From the human T2T-CHM13v2.0 reference genome, Homo sapiens, in NCBI RefSeq assembly GCF_009914755.1, contig NC_060945.1: a stretch of DNA of 64,000 bases. One strand, written 5' to 3'. Under the pieces are notes generated by a model that saw only the letters and a list, made by a program, of their open reading frames with translations, searched no databases and had not been told where the DNA came from. Position numbers and translations under genes: made by a program. This document shows positions 1-13,850 of the stretch, piece after piece. The first letter of the stretch is position 1, and each line of letters starts with the position of its first letter.

Positions 1-157
1 ACTCACTCACTATACAGTACCAAAGGGAGATGGTGCTAAACCATTCATGACACCTTCACCCCATGATCCAATCACCTCTCCCTGGACCTGACCTCTACCA
101 CTGGGGATTACAATTCGACTTGAGATTTGGGTGGAGACACAGACCCAAACCATAGCA
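1..157 (-). mobile_element. MST-type MaLR LTR (partial, runs off window)
   Basis: Reverse complement of the MST LTR start: ...gagatttgggtggagacacagacccaaaccatagca. Confidence 0.8.
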
Positions 158-307
158 TATGGACAAGGTGTACAAAGCAGCAAGTCATGCAAATTGCAGC
201 TGGAATAGACATCCTCCTGTTTGCTCCATCCAGGCAGTACCCTGGGGCCCCAGGCCTGTCCTTTCTCTTGGTGGATCAGCATATTTCTCCATGCATACCC
301 TCCTTAC

Positions 308-386
308 CACCAGTTCAGCACTAACATCCTTGAGGGTATAGGCCATAGTACCCATGGCCCCGATACAATGATGATCACACGGGACC
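308..386 (-). other. Candidate 79-nt internal exon of an unidentified transcript
   Basis: Minus strand: acceptor TTCTCGTCGTTTCTCTTTCCACAG| and donor GTG|GTAAGG; one open frame reads VPCDHHCIGAMGTMAYTLKDVSAELV, which I do not recognise. Confidence 0.4.
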
Positions 387-3372
387 CTGTGGAAAGAGAA
401 ACGACGAGAATACAAGCAGCAGAGCCTGGATGCTGATGGGCACCAAAGAGGGCGACACCCTCAGGCAGCTCTGCTGAGCCCGCCCCCACCCAGTGCAAAA
501 CAGGTGACTGGTCTGCACTCCGTGATTTATAAGGTACTTTCATGCTTTGCAAGCTGGGGTCCTTGTTCATTACTTGTAAGTATCTACATCTATTTTCTTT
601 GGGCCACTTTCTTTTCTGTCATGTATCTGTGAAAGTTTCTGTTCTCTCTCTCTCTCTTCATGTAAAATCATTCTGCCTGTCTTCTGTGAAACTTCTGTGA
701 TGCACGTAGCTCATTGACCCAAGGAGATGCATCTTCTCAGAGAGGGAGGCATGAATATTTCTAATAGATAAATGTCCTAATAGAGAAAGTTGGCCATTAC
801 ATCTGCCCTATAGGGGTAGAAAAAAAGCTTCATGCAGGTGGTGACTTTTGCTATGAACCTTAAAGTAGGAAATAGGAAAATAGCTGGAGTATGGAGAAAT
901 ACTTGGACAGTAAAAAGAGAAAAGGAAGCTAAACAGAACACAAGGGGATAGGTCTGATTGAAGACAAATACAGCATGTGGAACTTCACAATCAGGTGTGT
1001 GAGGCCCAGGAAATCAAATGGAGAAGGTATAAGACAAACTACCCGACTCCAAACATCTCTACCCCATTTGTAAGGGCAGCAGATGAGAATATAGACAGAA
1101 ATTTTCCATCTGTGTGTTTCCAAAAATTACATGTGGTGGAAGCAGTAAATAATCATATCCACAAAATATGTGGGTTTGTGACCGACTGAAAAGTTGTTCA
1201 CATCTCACCAGTCCTCTATTTAGTAGAGTCAAAAATCCTTTAAATCTCTACCATGAGACTCTACAGAAAGGAAAACGGTGATGAAGTTGAACTTCACACA
1301 AAATTAAAAAAAAAAATTCTGCCCCTATAGTGAGGCCATTGAACAATGCTAATTGTGCAAGCTTTAGCTCCAGGTTTGCTTTCAAAGATGTGGGGAGAGG
1401 GAGGAGCAGCTGGAAGGAGCCAGAGGGGGAGGGAGGAAGGAAAAATCAGGTCTCAGTGTGAGCATGGGAACGCAATGCACCTCTCAGAAATAATTCCTAA
1501 ATCATCTCATGCTCCTAGAAAGGAACAAACAACTACTTTTAATCACATGTTTCTAAAAGAGAAATACCAGCATTTACAAAATTCAAAAAACTCTGAGGAT
1601 GCAAAACTGTGGCCAGTTATGCCGCAGCACGGAGTGAGTGACAATGACCAGCCACCTTGAAAAGGGATGTTATAATTGAGCCACTGACAGAGCCCTAACT
1701 GGGGCAGCGCCGCTGGGTGCCTCTAGAACATGGTGCATTTTAATTGCCGATGCTGGCATTTATTTGATGTCTTTGGCTGGTTCAGAGTCCTTTTATAACA
1801 ATCCTATTTGACCACAAATCAGGTACAAATAAAAAAGTCAGCCACAATGTCCTCACTCCTAAAGGCAGCTGTATTATTTTACAGGTATTCAATATTTAAA
1901 TGTTAATGAAGGTGGGACTAGGATGGAATACGGACAGAAGGGAAGTGAGAAGAATTGAACTTGTTTTGAAATAAGCAGGTGGACTGGAAGGAGGGGAGGC
2001 TCAGGGAGACAGAAAGAGGACAGGGGAGACCTGCATGTGGATGAATGGACGCTTCTCTATTAGCCTTGGCTGTGGGCCAGCAGGCAGAGGGACAAAATGG
2101 CTTCAGGTGTACAGCAAGCAGGGTGCAAGCCTGGGTGCCGAGTTCCTGCCTGAAATCACCACGCTGTGCTTACCGACTGCAATCTCTTACTGCATCCTAA
2201 AGCAGCCTGTTCAGCTCTCCGTGGAGGCCCCGTGCTTTGCTACATGATGTATGTCATTCTCCGTGGCAGATGTAGGGAGGGAGCCACACTTCTCTCCCAC
2301 CTGCTGGCGGTTTCCCGAAATGCAGGGCACACCCGGCCATTCAGAGGGCTTTGCTGATCCCCCAAATTCCATTTTCCCACCTCTCATTTGGAAATCAAAG
2401 TGTGGTTCAGGAACAACTCCAAGTTTAGCTAATCAGTTCCTATCAGTCACTTCTTCGTTAAAATGTATCTATATGTATCTCTACTTGTAGTTCTAGGGTG
2501 TACATAAGAACAGAGTGTGCTGGAGTGGATGGATGGTAAATATTTGCTGATGTCGACTCTGCAGGGATTTTGAATAAGATCTTTCACCAACTCCAGAAAT
2601 AACTACGCTTTCTCGTGAAACACAACCGAATGAGGCCAACTACTCTTTGGACAGGGGAAGTGTTTTGGTGTGTGTACAAAAATCTCATTGTTTTCAAACA
2701 CCGAGCGTGTTCTTTTCACTTGAGGGATGTCAGGCAAAGACCACAACACTGACCTTTCAGGTTAGCAGCTGTGCCTTCTAGAATACTCATGAGATAGGAG
2801 GGCTGGGAGGATGTGGAAAGGAGACAAGAACGGGCCACCTGTACCTTCTCAGACTGACCACTGGACTGCAGACCAGACAAATTAGGCTCTGAGTCCTACC
2901 TGATCAAACTATTAACTTCACCAATCTTGTTTCCTGTACCTTGAGTAATACGTAGAGGGAATTAACTCTTCTAAGGGGGATGAATGCCACTGAGGTGCCA
3001 GACAGGGGCGACAGGAGAGGGTTGACTGGCTTGGATCCATCAGCCAACAACTCCTTCAATCTAGAGTACTTAAAGAGGCAAATAAAATTGATAGAATAGG
3101 AAATTATAAGACAATAACCACAATCATCATGATACTGTAACATAAGAGAAAAATAAATTGTCTACAGAGATCCAGGAGAGGAAAGGTTGGGTAAGAAACA
3201 AGCATCCTCAATAAATGCAAAGGCTCTTTGTAAATCAGCAGCTGTCAGCCCTCATCAGAGGCAGTAAAATGTTGGTGTCCTAAGGAAGTAGTAGCATTCA
3301 AGATGCAGGATGTCAAACATTCCCCTCTGTGGAAAACCCTGAGACCCACAGTGGCCTGGGGTGCAGTGTCCA

Positions 3373-3570
3373 CGGTGGTTCTTAAAGTTTAGCCAGCCGC
3401 TGGACCAGCAGCAGTGACCTCACCTGGGAATTTGTTTAAAAAGTAGATTCTCAGGCATGCACAGCCCCGCTGAATGAGAAGCTCTGGGGCAGGGCAGCCA
3501 CCTGTGCCATAGCAAGACCCACAGGTGATCCGTATGCACACGTGAGTCCGGGTATAAACCTCTGCTCCTA
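3373..3570. mobile_element. MER5A-like hAT-Charlie DNA transposon
   Basis: cggtggttcttaaagt...cagcagcagtgacctcacctgggaatttgtttaaaaagtagattctcagg matches the MER5A pattern. Confidence 0.7.
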
Positions 3571-3789
3571 GCTGCCAGGTTAACCAGCCTGTCCTGGACA
3601 AAGGCTTGAGGCTCACAAGACAAAGACAGCACTTTTGCAGTCTGTTTTTTCTGAGGGCAGGTGTCTGCATTGCACGGAGGGCGAGGTTCTTGTGTGCACG
3701 CCCAGGCTGGTGGGACTGGAACCCCTGGACCACACCTTTGCCACCGGGTACAAGTCATCAGTACTAACCCCATGGAATGTGTGTGCCCC

Positions 3790-3960
3790 AGCCACTTCCA
3801 TATGCTCCACATGCTGTCACTCATTTTATTCTTGCCACAGCCCAGTGAAGGAGGCTGTTACTGTTACCTCCATTTTATCAATGAGAAAACTGACATGCCA
3901 TTGTCACACAGCTACTTATCCCTGGGAGAAGGAATCCAATCAGGGCACAGCACTGCCCAG
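3790..3960 (-). mobile_element. MIR SINE fragment
   Basis: Degenerate MIR core ctccattttatcaatgagaaaactga. Confidence 0.55.
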
Positions 3961-6001
3961 CCTCCCAAGATGAGTCTGTTATTGGCTCACGTGTGCCCAC
4001 CTAAGGGCAAGAACTGTTTCTTCCATGTCTGTTTTTTTTGTTGCTGTTGTTTGTTTGTTTTGTTTTGTTTTGCTTTGCTTTGTTTTGTTTCATGCCCAGA
4101 ACATCACTGGCAGCCAGCAAAAGGTTAATGAATAAATGAATGAAAACTTACATATCATGAGTTTATTGTTTTTCAACCTATGGGCAGATGAAACCCTATT
4201 GTGAATAGTCTTGGGTCCATATTGTTCCATAAGCTAAAAAAGAATTCTTCATGTGTTTATACGATTTTTGAAAGATATATACGAATCATTGTGATGAGTT
4301 TTAAGAGGTTGCTGAGTTCACCGTTATTTTCTGTGTCATTTCTATGTTTACCGCCTCAGATCCTGAAAGAACAAAAACTATCAGGTGAGGCACCATGACA
4401 TTTTGTCACATTAAAAAAGATTCGTAATGTTGGATCATGAATCAGAGAAGGAAAAGGAGAGAAAAAGCTGGAGAGGCAGAAGGGATTTGAGAAAGAGGGT
4501 GCAGAGAACCAACCTTTGAAGCAAAAGCCATAATGAGAACTTTGCTCCTGCCCCTAACATGACATCTCACTTCCTATGTTTCACCCCAGCAGGGCTCACA
4601 TAAGAGAATTTTAATTTGATTCATTTAAGGACCACTATCCTGATTGGTCAAAGCAGAATTTGAACTTGAATTGTACTAGAATTGTTTGAGAACCACATTC
4701 CTTGTTTAAAATGATCAGACTTTACTCGAGACTTTTTTGGATGTAATTAATGAATCAGCAAGAATGGAAGCCAGCATAAGCTACCACAGAGAAATCAGGC
4801 AGAAGCAGGAATGCAATTTGCTTCCTGCATTACCAGCAATAAACAATCCTTTATATCATAATGTAAGATCTAAAAATAGCTCACTTTAAATTTTGAGCCC
4901 TTGTACATAATGAAAGGAGGCTGTGCATAAAAGCCAGTTATTCATTTATTCTGTACATTAGAGGCTTCAACAGTAAGAGCCCAATTAACAAAAAAGACCA
5001 GTGGGAAATTATGCATAATATTTTTTGTTTATTACAAAGAGACTTTATTTTCATATCTCACTGCAAGGAAATTATGTGTGCGACTTGCATAACTCACACA
5101 TGGCAGTATTCCCTCTGAATTTAGAGTTTTCAAAAATGACCATGTAGAAAGAATTGAGGTGGGAAAATGGTGATTTTAGAAAGACAGTACCACTGTGTCA
5201 TCAGCAGTGTGAACAGCATTTCCCGTGGCTGTGGCCACTGGTAAGGCCCATAGGCTTGGACAGAGGGGCTATTGTCCTAGCTGTGTCTTCAAAGAAGCTC
5301 CAGCATCAGGACTCAGGAATTCTTAGTGTAAATCCTGCTTTAGAAGGGGCCATTTTTCCATAGACTGTCTCATCCATTCCGAGCATGTGACACAAATGAC
5401 CTCTAATCTTCTTCCATCACGACATCGTACAGATAAAGAAACAGAAGATGAGTGGATTGTGGAGCTAGAGTGCTTGCACTGATTTGTTATGACAACCTTG
5501 AGGCCCAAAGTCCTCTTCTGCTGAATGAGATGGGATAAAAAGATTATCTTTAAGGTACCTGAAGCTTTGCTGCTGTATGACCACTAATTCTCAAGGGAAC
5601 TGGGGACATTCCCAGGATGTCGAGTAACAAAGAAGAAATAACAGCGGTCACATTTGCTCCTCATTCGAGATTCTAGTTGAATTGTTCTTCCTAACTTCCC
5701 ATGTCCATGACATAGGATAATTTGTGATGTTGCTGAGACCTGTTTTGATGCCAGGTAGGAAGCTGGCATGTTGGAGCAAATCATTTGCCTGAGAATAAGC
5801 CTGCTGACCAACCCATATCCCCATTCACAAAAGCCCAGCTGATTCTCTTCTCCACAACACTTATGAGCAGCTCTTGTGAACTGATTAAACTTTTCCTCTT
5901 CCTAGAGTAATAAATGACCCAAAAAGCGAGCCACTGGCTAGTGCTAGGTCCTGAACTAAAGAGAAAGAGAGGCAGCCTCAGGAAGCAATAGTTCTTTTTC
6001 A

Positions 6002-6800
6002 AAAAAAAAAAAATTATTTCAATAGCTTTTGGAGTACAAGTAGTTTTTTGCTACATGGATGAATTTTATAGTCGTGAATTCTAAGCTTTCAGAGCACCCC
6101 TCACCCAAGTCGTGTACATTGTACCTAATGTGTAGTTTGTTATCCCTGCATCCCCCTCCCACCCTCTCCTTTCTGAGCCTCTGAAGTCCATGATATCATT
6201 CTGCATGCCTTTGCATATGCATGGCTTAGCTCCCACTTATAAGTGAGAACTTACAGCTTTTGGTTTTCCACTCCTGTGTCACTTCACTTAGAATAATTGC
6301 CTCTAGCTCCATTCAAGTTGCTCTAAGAGGCATTATTTCCTTCCTTTTAATGACTGAGTAATATTCCATGGTGTATATATACTACATTTTCTTCATTCAC
6401 TCATTAGTCAATGGATACTTGGGTTGGTTCCACATCTTTGCGATTGTGAATTGTGCTGTGATGAACATATGTGTGCAAGAGTCTTTTTCATATCATCACT
6501 TATTTTCCTTTGAGTAGACACCCAGCGGTGGGATTGCTGGATTAAAGGGTAGATCTACTTTTAGCTGTTTAAGGAATCTCCATACTGTTTTCCATAAAGG
6601 TTGTACTAATTTACATTCCCAGCAGTGTGTGAGCATCCTCTTTTCCCAAAATCGATGCCAACATCTATTGGGTTTTTTTTTGACTTTTTAATAATGGCCA
6701 TACTTGCAGAAATAAGGTGGTGGTATCTCACTGTCATTTTAATTTGCATTTCCCTGGTGATTAGTGACACTGCACATTTTTTTCATAGTTTTTGTCCCTG
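6002..6800 (-). mobile_element. L1 3' end (L1PB/L1MA-like)
   Basis: Antisense L1 3'UTR/ORF2 end motifs: ctcccacttataagtgagaac, tattccatggtgtatatat, ctccatactgttttccata. Confidence 0.9.
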
Positions 6801-6835
6801 GGTGCAAGTGCAGTATGTACTGAAGAGCAAGGTAG

Positions 6836-6998
6836 GGCCAGGCACGGTCACTCATGCCTGTAGTCCCAGGGCTTTGGAGGCTGAGGCAGGAGGATTGCTT
6901 GAGCCCAAGAGTTCAAGGCGGCAGTGAGCTATGATCGTACCACTACACTTGAGCCTGGGCAACAGAATGAGACTCTGTCTGTTAAAGAAAATAAAAAA
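6836..6998 (+). mobile_element. Alu monomer (FRAM/FAM-like)
   Basis: Single ~160-bp arm: ggccaggcacgg...gcagtgagctatgatcg...gagactctgtct plus A-rich tail. Confidence 0.8.
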
Positions 6999-8213
6999 GT
7001 GAAGTGACAATTCAGCAGGGCTTTGTCCTCTGACCGGCCCACCATATATTTTTCCTGGATAAAACCATGTGTAATTGCATAAGAAAATTTTGATATTTAT
7101 TAAGATCTCAAGACATATCTTTTAAGAATATCAAAGGCCTTTCATATCTACTCAAGTCAAGAGCCATTGATAGAAAGTCCTTTGGCTCAAATACAAAAGA
7201 GCATCTTATACTTGAACTGGATAGGAAACCGTAGCTGTGGGGTACTGCAAACCTGTAATCCCAATAGATGTACTAGATCTCCAAGCCCTATGCTAGCAAA
7301 AGGCACTGTAAGCCTCTTCCCCTTTGTGCGGTTACAGATAGAAATGTACAGATGCTACATCCCTTGGACAGAGCATGCATCTACCCTCCCACCTTTATTG
7401 TGCCTAAATCTGCCAGAAGAATGTTATTTTAGAAAATAAATGTCCAGATCATGAGGGTGTGATAGGATTGGAGTGTTCACACAGAGCATAAGACTCATTG
7501 AGGTCATCTTCACAATTATGTAATGTTTGCAGTTGGTTCTTTTAATATCAAGAATGACTACACAGTCCTCCCCAAGTTCTGGCAAGGCTAGGATACGTGA
7601 TAAATTTCACAGTACACACACATGGCATGGTCACAAGAACAGATAAAAATTCAAGAAGGAAGAGATGAGTCTTTGGCATCACTGCAGTGGGACATTCAGT
7701 GGCTCATGGGGGTCTCAAGTCTCTAACAGAGTTGACTGAGCAGGCCCAGTCTCCCATAGGTCCCCAAGTGACTCCGTTCCCAGACCCCTCATCTTCCCAG
7801 GCACCAGTCTCTAGGAAGAGGCACATATTGGAGATGCGCAGAGCGAAGCACACTCTTTCAGGTCAGCGATTCCCAACACAACACCCTAGGGGTGAGAAAT
7901 TAATCCAGACATGGGAAATTAATATGACAACTTTTATTTACTATCATTTTTACTTATCGTACACACATGTAACATATTTGACATGAGTCATATTTCTGAC
8001 ACATTTTATAGTTACATGTATAAAACTATAGAAATATGTGAAAATCAAAAATATTTTCACATATTCAAAAATACGTGAAAATCAAAAAAATTTTGAACCT
8101 GTGTACGTATATCAGGACACGTGTTCACAATTTTTTCCAAGAATGCCCTAGATTACCTCCCTTGACCAGGACACTGTATTTCCTTTTTTTTTTTTTAATG
8201 TAGCATTTATGTT

Positions 8214-8352
8214 TCTTTTTTTTTATTTTATTTTATTATACTTTAAGTTTTAGTGTACATGTGCACAACGTGCAGGTTTGTTGCATATGTATACATGTGC
8301 CATGTGGTGTGCCGCACCCATTAACTCGTCATATAGCATTAGGTATATCTCC
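8214..8352 (-). mobile_element. 5'-truncated L1PA 3' terminus
   Basis: ttattatactttaagttttag...tacatgtgcacaacgtgcagg...attaggtatatctcc is the primate L1PA end. Confidence 0.9.
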
Positions 8353-9399
8353 ATTAATTTTAAGATTTTACTGGCAAGACTCCCCCCACATTCAATTTGC
8401 AACCAGCTAAAAAGCCATGATATCCTTCACTTAAACTTACGTTGAGCCAGGCCTCCCTACATTTGTGTTAGTAAAAATACTTAATTGAACAAAATGTTAG
8501 AATTTCCATTCGTCCTTATTTGAATTTATTTTGTTGATTTCGGCCCACTATTTTTGCCTGTCAGGATTAATACATTTGTTCATTCTCAACTACGTTTAAA
8601 AACAAAAAATTATATAGAAAAAAAAGACTGGAGAAAGATAGGCAAAATATTGACAGAGGTTGTCCCAAGGTTACCAGTTGAAGGTGATTTATTATACTTT
8701 CTCACGCTATTTTTACTTTTGAAATTTTCTATAATAAGCGTGCATTTCTATAACAATAGAAAGATAAACATTTGTAGAGCATATGCTTAAATTCTATCAT
8801 CTTGCCTCTTCACCGCCTCTCCAGACCCCATGTCAATGGTAAATGCTCTAAGTTTGTATCTCTAAAGCACGAAGTAGGATTTCATCTATAACTTTGACTT
8901 GGTATTAATGGTTTATTTCCATTAACATTTCACAATTTCAAAGAACAATAACATTTAGCCATAAAATGGCATTTAACCAAAGAGGACATGCATTAAGGCA
9001 AATGGAGGAGACTGCGTGGTTTGCACGCTCTGGGACATACCAGGCTAACCTGTAAGGAGAATGTCTTGTCCCCCTGCCCTGGTTTGTGCAGGGAGAATCC
9101 ATTCAGCTCCTGAGGATGAACACTTCTTTTGCAAGGTATTTGCAAACCACACCATATCCACCTTTTATTTAAGTTTTTGATTTGCTGATAAATGGCTTAT
9201 TATCTTCAGAAAAAATATTAGCTAAGCCCAGATCTTTTACCTGTTTCCTGCCGAAAGTGGCCAGATCAAAGCTGATATCAAAATTTTATCCTAATAAACA
9301 TTTCACATCAACTTTGAATAGAACAAAATAGTTAACCGCAGTTGTAATTTTTTAAAATGTTGAAATAATTGACTCAATGTGTGACTGGTGAGCTAAGCC

Positions 9400-9635
9400 A
9401 GTGCTAACCGGGGCAAACCAGCTGTGTCACTGTCCATGAGCCAATCTTCTGTCCATGGTCCCCACTGCACCCCTGGATGGGGCGAGGACGCTGATGGACT
9501 TGCAGAGAGGAGTCGGTGAGGCTGCATCAGCCCCAGACAGCAGGACAACCACTGGGAGCCCTCACCATGAGCAGAAATGTCACCTCCCCAGAGCCGAGGA
9601 AAAGCAGAAGGCATCCTACAAAAACCTTCACAAAG
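9400..9635 (+). other. Candidate exon ending in a consensus splice donor (5' boundary uncertain)
   Basis: AAG|GTAAGT at 9633-9641 in non-repetitive, CpG-containing sequence; accATG at 9567 opens 23 codons to the donor. Confidence 0.3.
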
Positions 9636-12277
9636 GTAAGTACTGACCAACAGAAAGTGTGGACTGTGGACTGTGTGGAATGTACCAGATAAAAGCAGAG
9701 ACATTTGGATATGTTTCCTAAATGCAGTAAATGCTGAATGAGGTGAATGAGCATTGATGGAATCGGAGGCGATAAGAGCAGCAGGCACAGGACGAGTCCC
9801 ATGGGGACGTGCTGGATAAACCAGACAGTGTTTTGACGATGCTACAGCCACGGCAGCACGAAGAAATCAGCAGTTAAGAAGAAAGTAAGATCATGAGGGG
9901 ACTCAAAATTGGTATGAGCAATATGTTATTGTGTTTCTAAAGATGAAAACATTCACGGCGTAGATTATAAATATGCAGCTATTATCAATGATTCTGTACA
10001 AGATGTGTTATTATCTAGATTCTTAAACTAGTAGCTTAGATGCAACCATTATGAAATGATTGTACAGAAGGAATATAGGAGAATTGGGGCCTAATTAGGG
10101 TACAGGAAGCCTGATGGGAAGGCAAGGCTTACAAATGAATCTAGGGTAGGGGTTTGAATTCAGAGTGAGGGCTCATTTTTGACCCTGTTCTTGATCCTAA
10201 GAGGGTGTAATAAAGACCATATTTCTAAACTCATATATAATGCATATCTATCACTTTGTATAATTATAGTAGGTATATTTCATATATTTCTGAAAAATTG
10301 TATGCTAATACTTCTTTTTGGAAAGTCAAATTATGCTCTAAATGCACCAGAGGAGATAATGCATAGACAATTGCTTTGAAAAATTTTAAAGCACAAAAAT
10401 ATCAGTTATTAATGATAACATCTGCACCATAATCTGTGACCATAACTCTAACTTGGTGTTAAAAACTCAATATGTAAAATTACGATGACAGTAAAATAAA
10501 TACTGATTATCTCTTTTTAAAAAATGAAGACCTCTCATGTAAAATAAATGCATTTCCTCACATTTTGTGTTTTTTATGTTTATGCTGTAGAAAATGAATT
10601 CAGCTGCTGCATCCCAGATGAGCTGGCCCAGAAACCAGTTTGTTCCAGCAGCCCAGACCTGACTTAGCTTATGAGCCTATGGGGAGCAGGAGCAAACACA
10701 TAGATGCACACTAAAGAAAGTGAAAACAAAGATACAATTTGGTGGCTAACTGTACACAGAAGAAAAAGACTTCAGGCATCAGGAACCAACCAAAGAGCAG
10801 CCTGGGTGACTAAGAGATGTTACTGTCATCGCCAAAAAACTGGATAGTTTTGGAGTGAAGCCAGGCTGGGGTATACGGCCAGGAGGATAGTGAAACATCA
10901 TGGATTCAGTTTCCTCGGATGAGCTTGGGTGTTCAAATCACTGACAATCAGCATCTCAGCCTGAGAGCTTACACTTCCGTCTTGTGAAGTTTTAACCGGT
11001 GTGAGTAGGTTTCCAAGAACCTGGTCATCCCCACAGGATCTGATGAAAATTAGTTCCTAGATCCACAAAAAAAGGAAGCAGGGCTGGAGGCCACAGCCGG
11101 CCTGATTCTCAACCATGTGCAATATAGGAAGACCAGCTTTAGCACAAGTCAGGGCCTCCAACCTGAGCCCAAACAGCTGTCCACAAGGAGCTGGGGCATG
11201 CGCCCCAAGCTGAGCCAACCCTCTTTAGACATCAGCAGCGGGCCAGGGTCGGCCAAAGCTCCTCATGATATGCTAACATACTCTATGACACCCTATTTTG
11301 CTGCTAGAAATGACTAGAGAGGAGAAAAGGAGCCAGAATGAATCATTATATTAATAGCTCTCCAATTCAAAATAAAACATTTTCTGAAAGTTTACTCTTT
11401 GAAGAAAATTAGCAAATCATTATTGAAAATTCAGAGTAAAGGTGATTGTCGTGTTAGACCCTGAAATGCACACAGCTACGGGAGACGCATCACAGTTTGT
11501 CGTTGAAGGACAATGGACACTCCTACGAATTCTAGTAGAAAATTGAGGTCTACATTAGCAAAAAAAAAAAAAAAAATTAAATCCATATTGAAACATTTAA
11601 AGATATGAGGAAAGAAATTGCATTTGAACTACTGTTTCAACAGATAGAGTATTCTCTGCCATTGACATTGTGCTCTCAAAAGAATCAGTGTTGTACCTGA
11701 AAGTGTTTCTAAGAGACAGAAAAATCACATGCTCACATGGCCACTCTCAACGTGGATGCTCCATCGTTGCTTCCCAAACCCCTCTATACATTCATGCCTA
11801 AAATTCCTCTAAGAACACAAACGTTTGAAAGCTTGGAGCCTGGGTGAGAAGCCAACAATGCAGCTGATGGCCGTGCCACCTCTTCCTGTAGATATGTCAC
11901 ACGTGTGTAGCTGTCACCGCGGCATTAGTCATATATTTTTCAGAGGAATGACACACACCAGAAGTACTAGATCACTTACATGTTAATTGCAATTACACAG
12001 CAAAACATAATGGGCTGCCAAAATATTCACAGGATAATTGCCCTGCGATGACAAGATAATTCTTCCTATTCTTCCAAAACAGAAGGTAGTTGCCCCATCT
12101 AATTACTTTACAATCTTCCAGGCAAGAAATTTTCACTTGGTCCCAGCCAAGCTGGTACCTCTCCGCGCATGGCCTCTCTCTGAGCAGCCTTCATCAGCTC
12201 AGGGGATGTGTGCGGGTATGCCAGGATCCCATCCAGGCTGCCTGACCTCAGCACCACTGACTTGCAGAGCCAGATGC

Positions 12278-12280
<3 letters not shown>

Positions 12281-12328
<48 letters not shown>
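12281..12328. repeat. (TG)24 microsatellite
   Basis: Read directly. Confidence 0.98.
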
Positions 12329-12329
<1 letters not shown>

Positions 12330-12339
12330 AGGGGATCAG

Positions 12340-12505
12340 CAGGGGTGGGCACCAGCCTGTGAATTTTTTGTAGAATGTTTAGCCGCACCCCTGGTCTCTA
12401 CCCACTAGATGATAATACCACCCACCACACTCAGTTGTGACAACCAAAAATGCTTCCCCGACACTGCCAAATGTGCCCTCGGGGCCTACCATTGGGAACC
12501 ACGGG
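12340..12505. mobile_element. MER20 DNA transposon fragment
   Basis: ctctacccactagatg...agttgtgacaaccaaaaatg...cactgccaaatgt MER20 signature. Confidence 0.8.
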
Positions 12506-13224
12506 ATTCTGTGTATTTGCCCAGTTGTTGAGGAAGTAGGTCCTGTGCATAGCGGTTGATCCAGGGGCACAGCTCAGAAGCAGGGAGGCTGGGTACTGGA
12601 CACCCTCTCCTCCTCAGTCCTCCTCTTCCCACCCCTCCAGGAACTCAGCCAGGCTGCCCTCTCCTCACCTAATGTCTCAACTCTAAAAAGCCAGGCAGGC
12701 CTTCCTCCCTCCAAAGAGCCCCCAGCTGTGAAACAACCCTGCTGCCTGCCCTGCTTTCCACAATGCCCCTCCCACCACCAGACCGGGCGCAGAGGCCTTC
12801 TCAAGGCTGTTTCACCAGCGCTGCCCATCTCAGGTCAGAACGAGGGGAGAAAGCACTTTGATTGAAAAATAAGGCATACAACAATGATATCCTTAATTCT
12901 CACAGGGGTGTTTGATGAGAATTCAGGTAGTGTGCACCAATGAACAAAGAAATAGTGTGGGGTCAGAAAGCCATTTTCAGTATTCCCTGCATAAGGCTGG
13001 CCCTCCTGAGCCCTTCCCAGACCCTGGGGGCCGGGCAATGCTTCAGAGTCCAGGACAGTCCAGTCCTGAATAAAAGGAGCAGACAGTGGATCCTGAATTG
13101 ACTTGATTTAACTTGTCTCTGATTATTTCAAATAATAAATTAGGAAACTTACAGAAGATTCTCAGTACAGCATTATAATGTGCTTAAGATACAATCACCA
13201 AGTGGTGATATAATTGCCTTAGAA

Positions 13225-13430
13225 TAGGGGTTGGCAAACATTGTGTGTAAAGGGCCAAAGACTTAATATTTTAGGCATTGTGGATCACACAAGAACTATT
13301 TTATTCTGCCATTTTAGCATGCCATAGACAATATGTAAATTAATGAGTGTGGTCGTGTTCCAATAAAACTTTATTGACAAAAGCAGGCTAGGGGCCGGAT
13401 TTAATTAGGGCCATAGTTTGCCTATCCCTG
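13225..13430. mobile_element. MER58A DNA transposon
   Basis: Terminal inverted repeats aggggttggcaaac...gtttgcctatccctg; internal gtgttccaataaaacttta. Confidence 0.85.
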
Positions 13431-13654
13431 TCTAGGAGGATTTCCACTTGCTTTTGCATCCAACGATTACTGAGTTTGAATTAGGAGCCAGGCATTGGGA
13501 AGCACACTGGGGATATCGGATGAGTAGCACACTGACCCACCTCCTAAGAAGCTTGCAGCCTAGTGGGGGTGATGTGTAAATAGCAGATCCAGAAGAATAG
13601 ATACAGCAGAAACCCAGAGGCATAATCAACCCCCTGCCACCCCCAGGTGAGGGG

Positions 13655-13850
13655 TCCCTTGGCCTCATGCTCACCAACTCCCAACTTATTTATCTGCTCC
13701 TATTTACGGCAAAACTCCCCAAAACAGTAGTGGTCTATGTTGCTATCTCTGCCTCCTCAGCTCCCCCCACCCCCAGTCTATTGAGCCTATTCCATGTGGG
13801 TTTCTGGTCCCAAACATTCCTCTGGAATGTTGTCAGGAATGACAGTCACT
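13655..13850 (+). repeat. ~195-bp direct copy of 16321-16511
   Basis: Both copies begin tcccttggcctcatg and end tgtcaggaatgacagt(c/g)act; roughly 85% identical by eye. Confidence 0.9.

Noticed and set aside
441-456. CTCF-like caccaaagagggcgac
   Set aside because: Too many mismatches in the 5' half of the core
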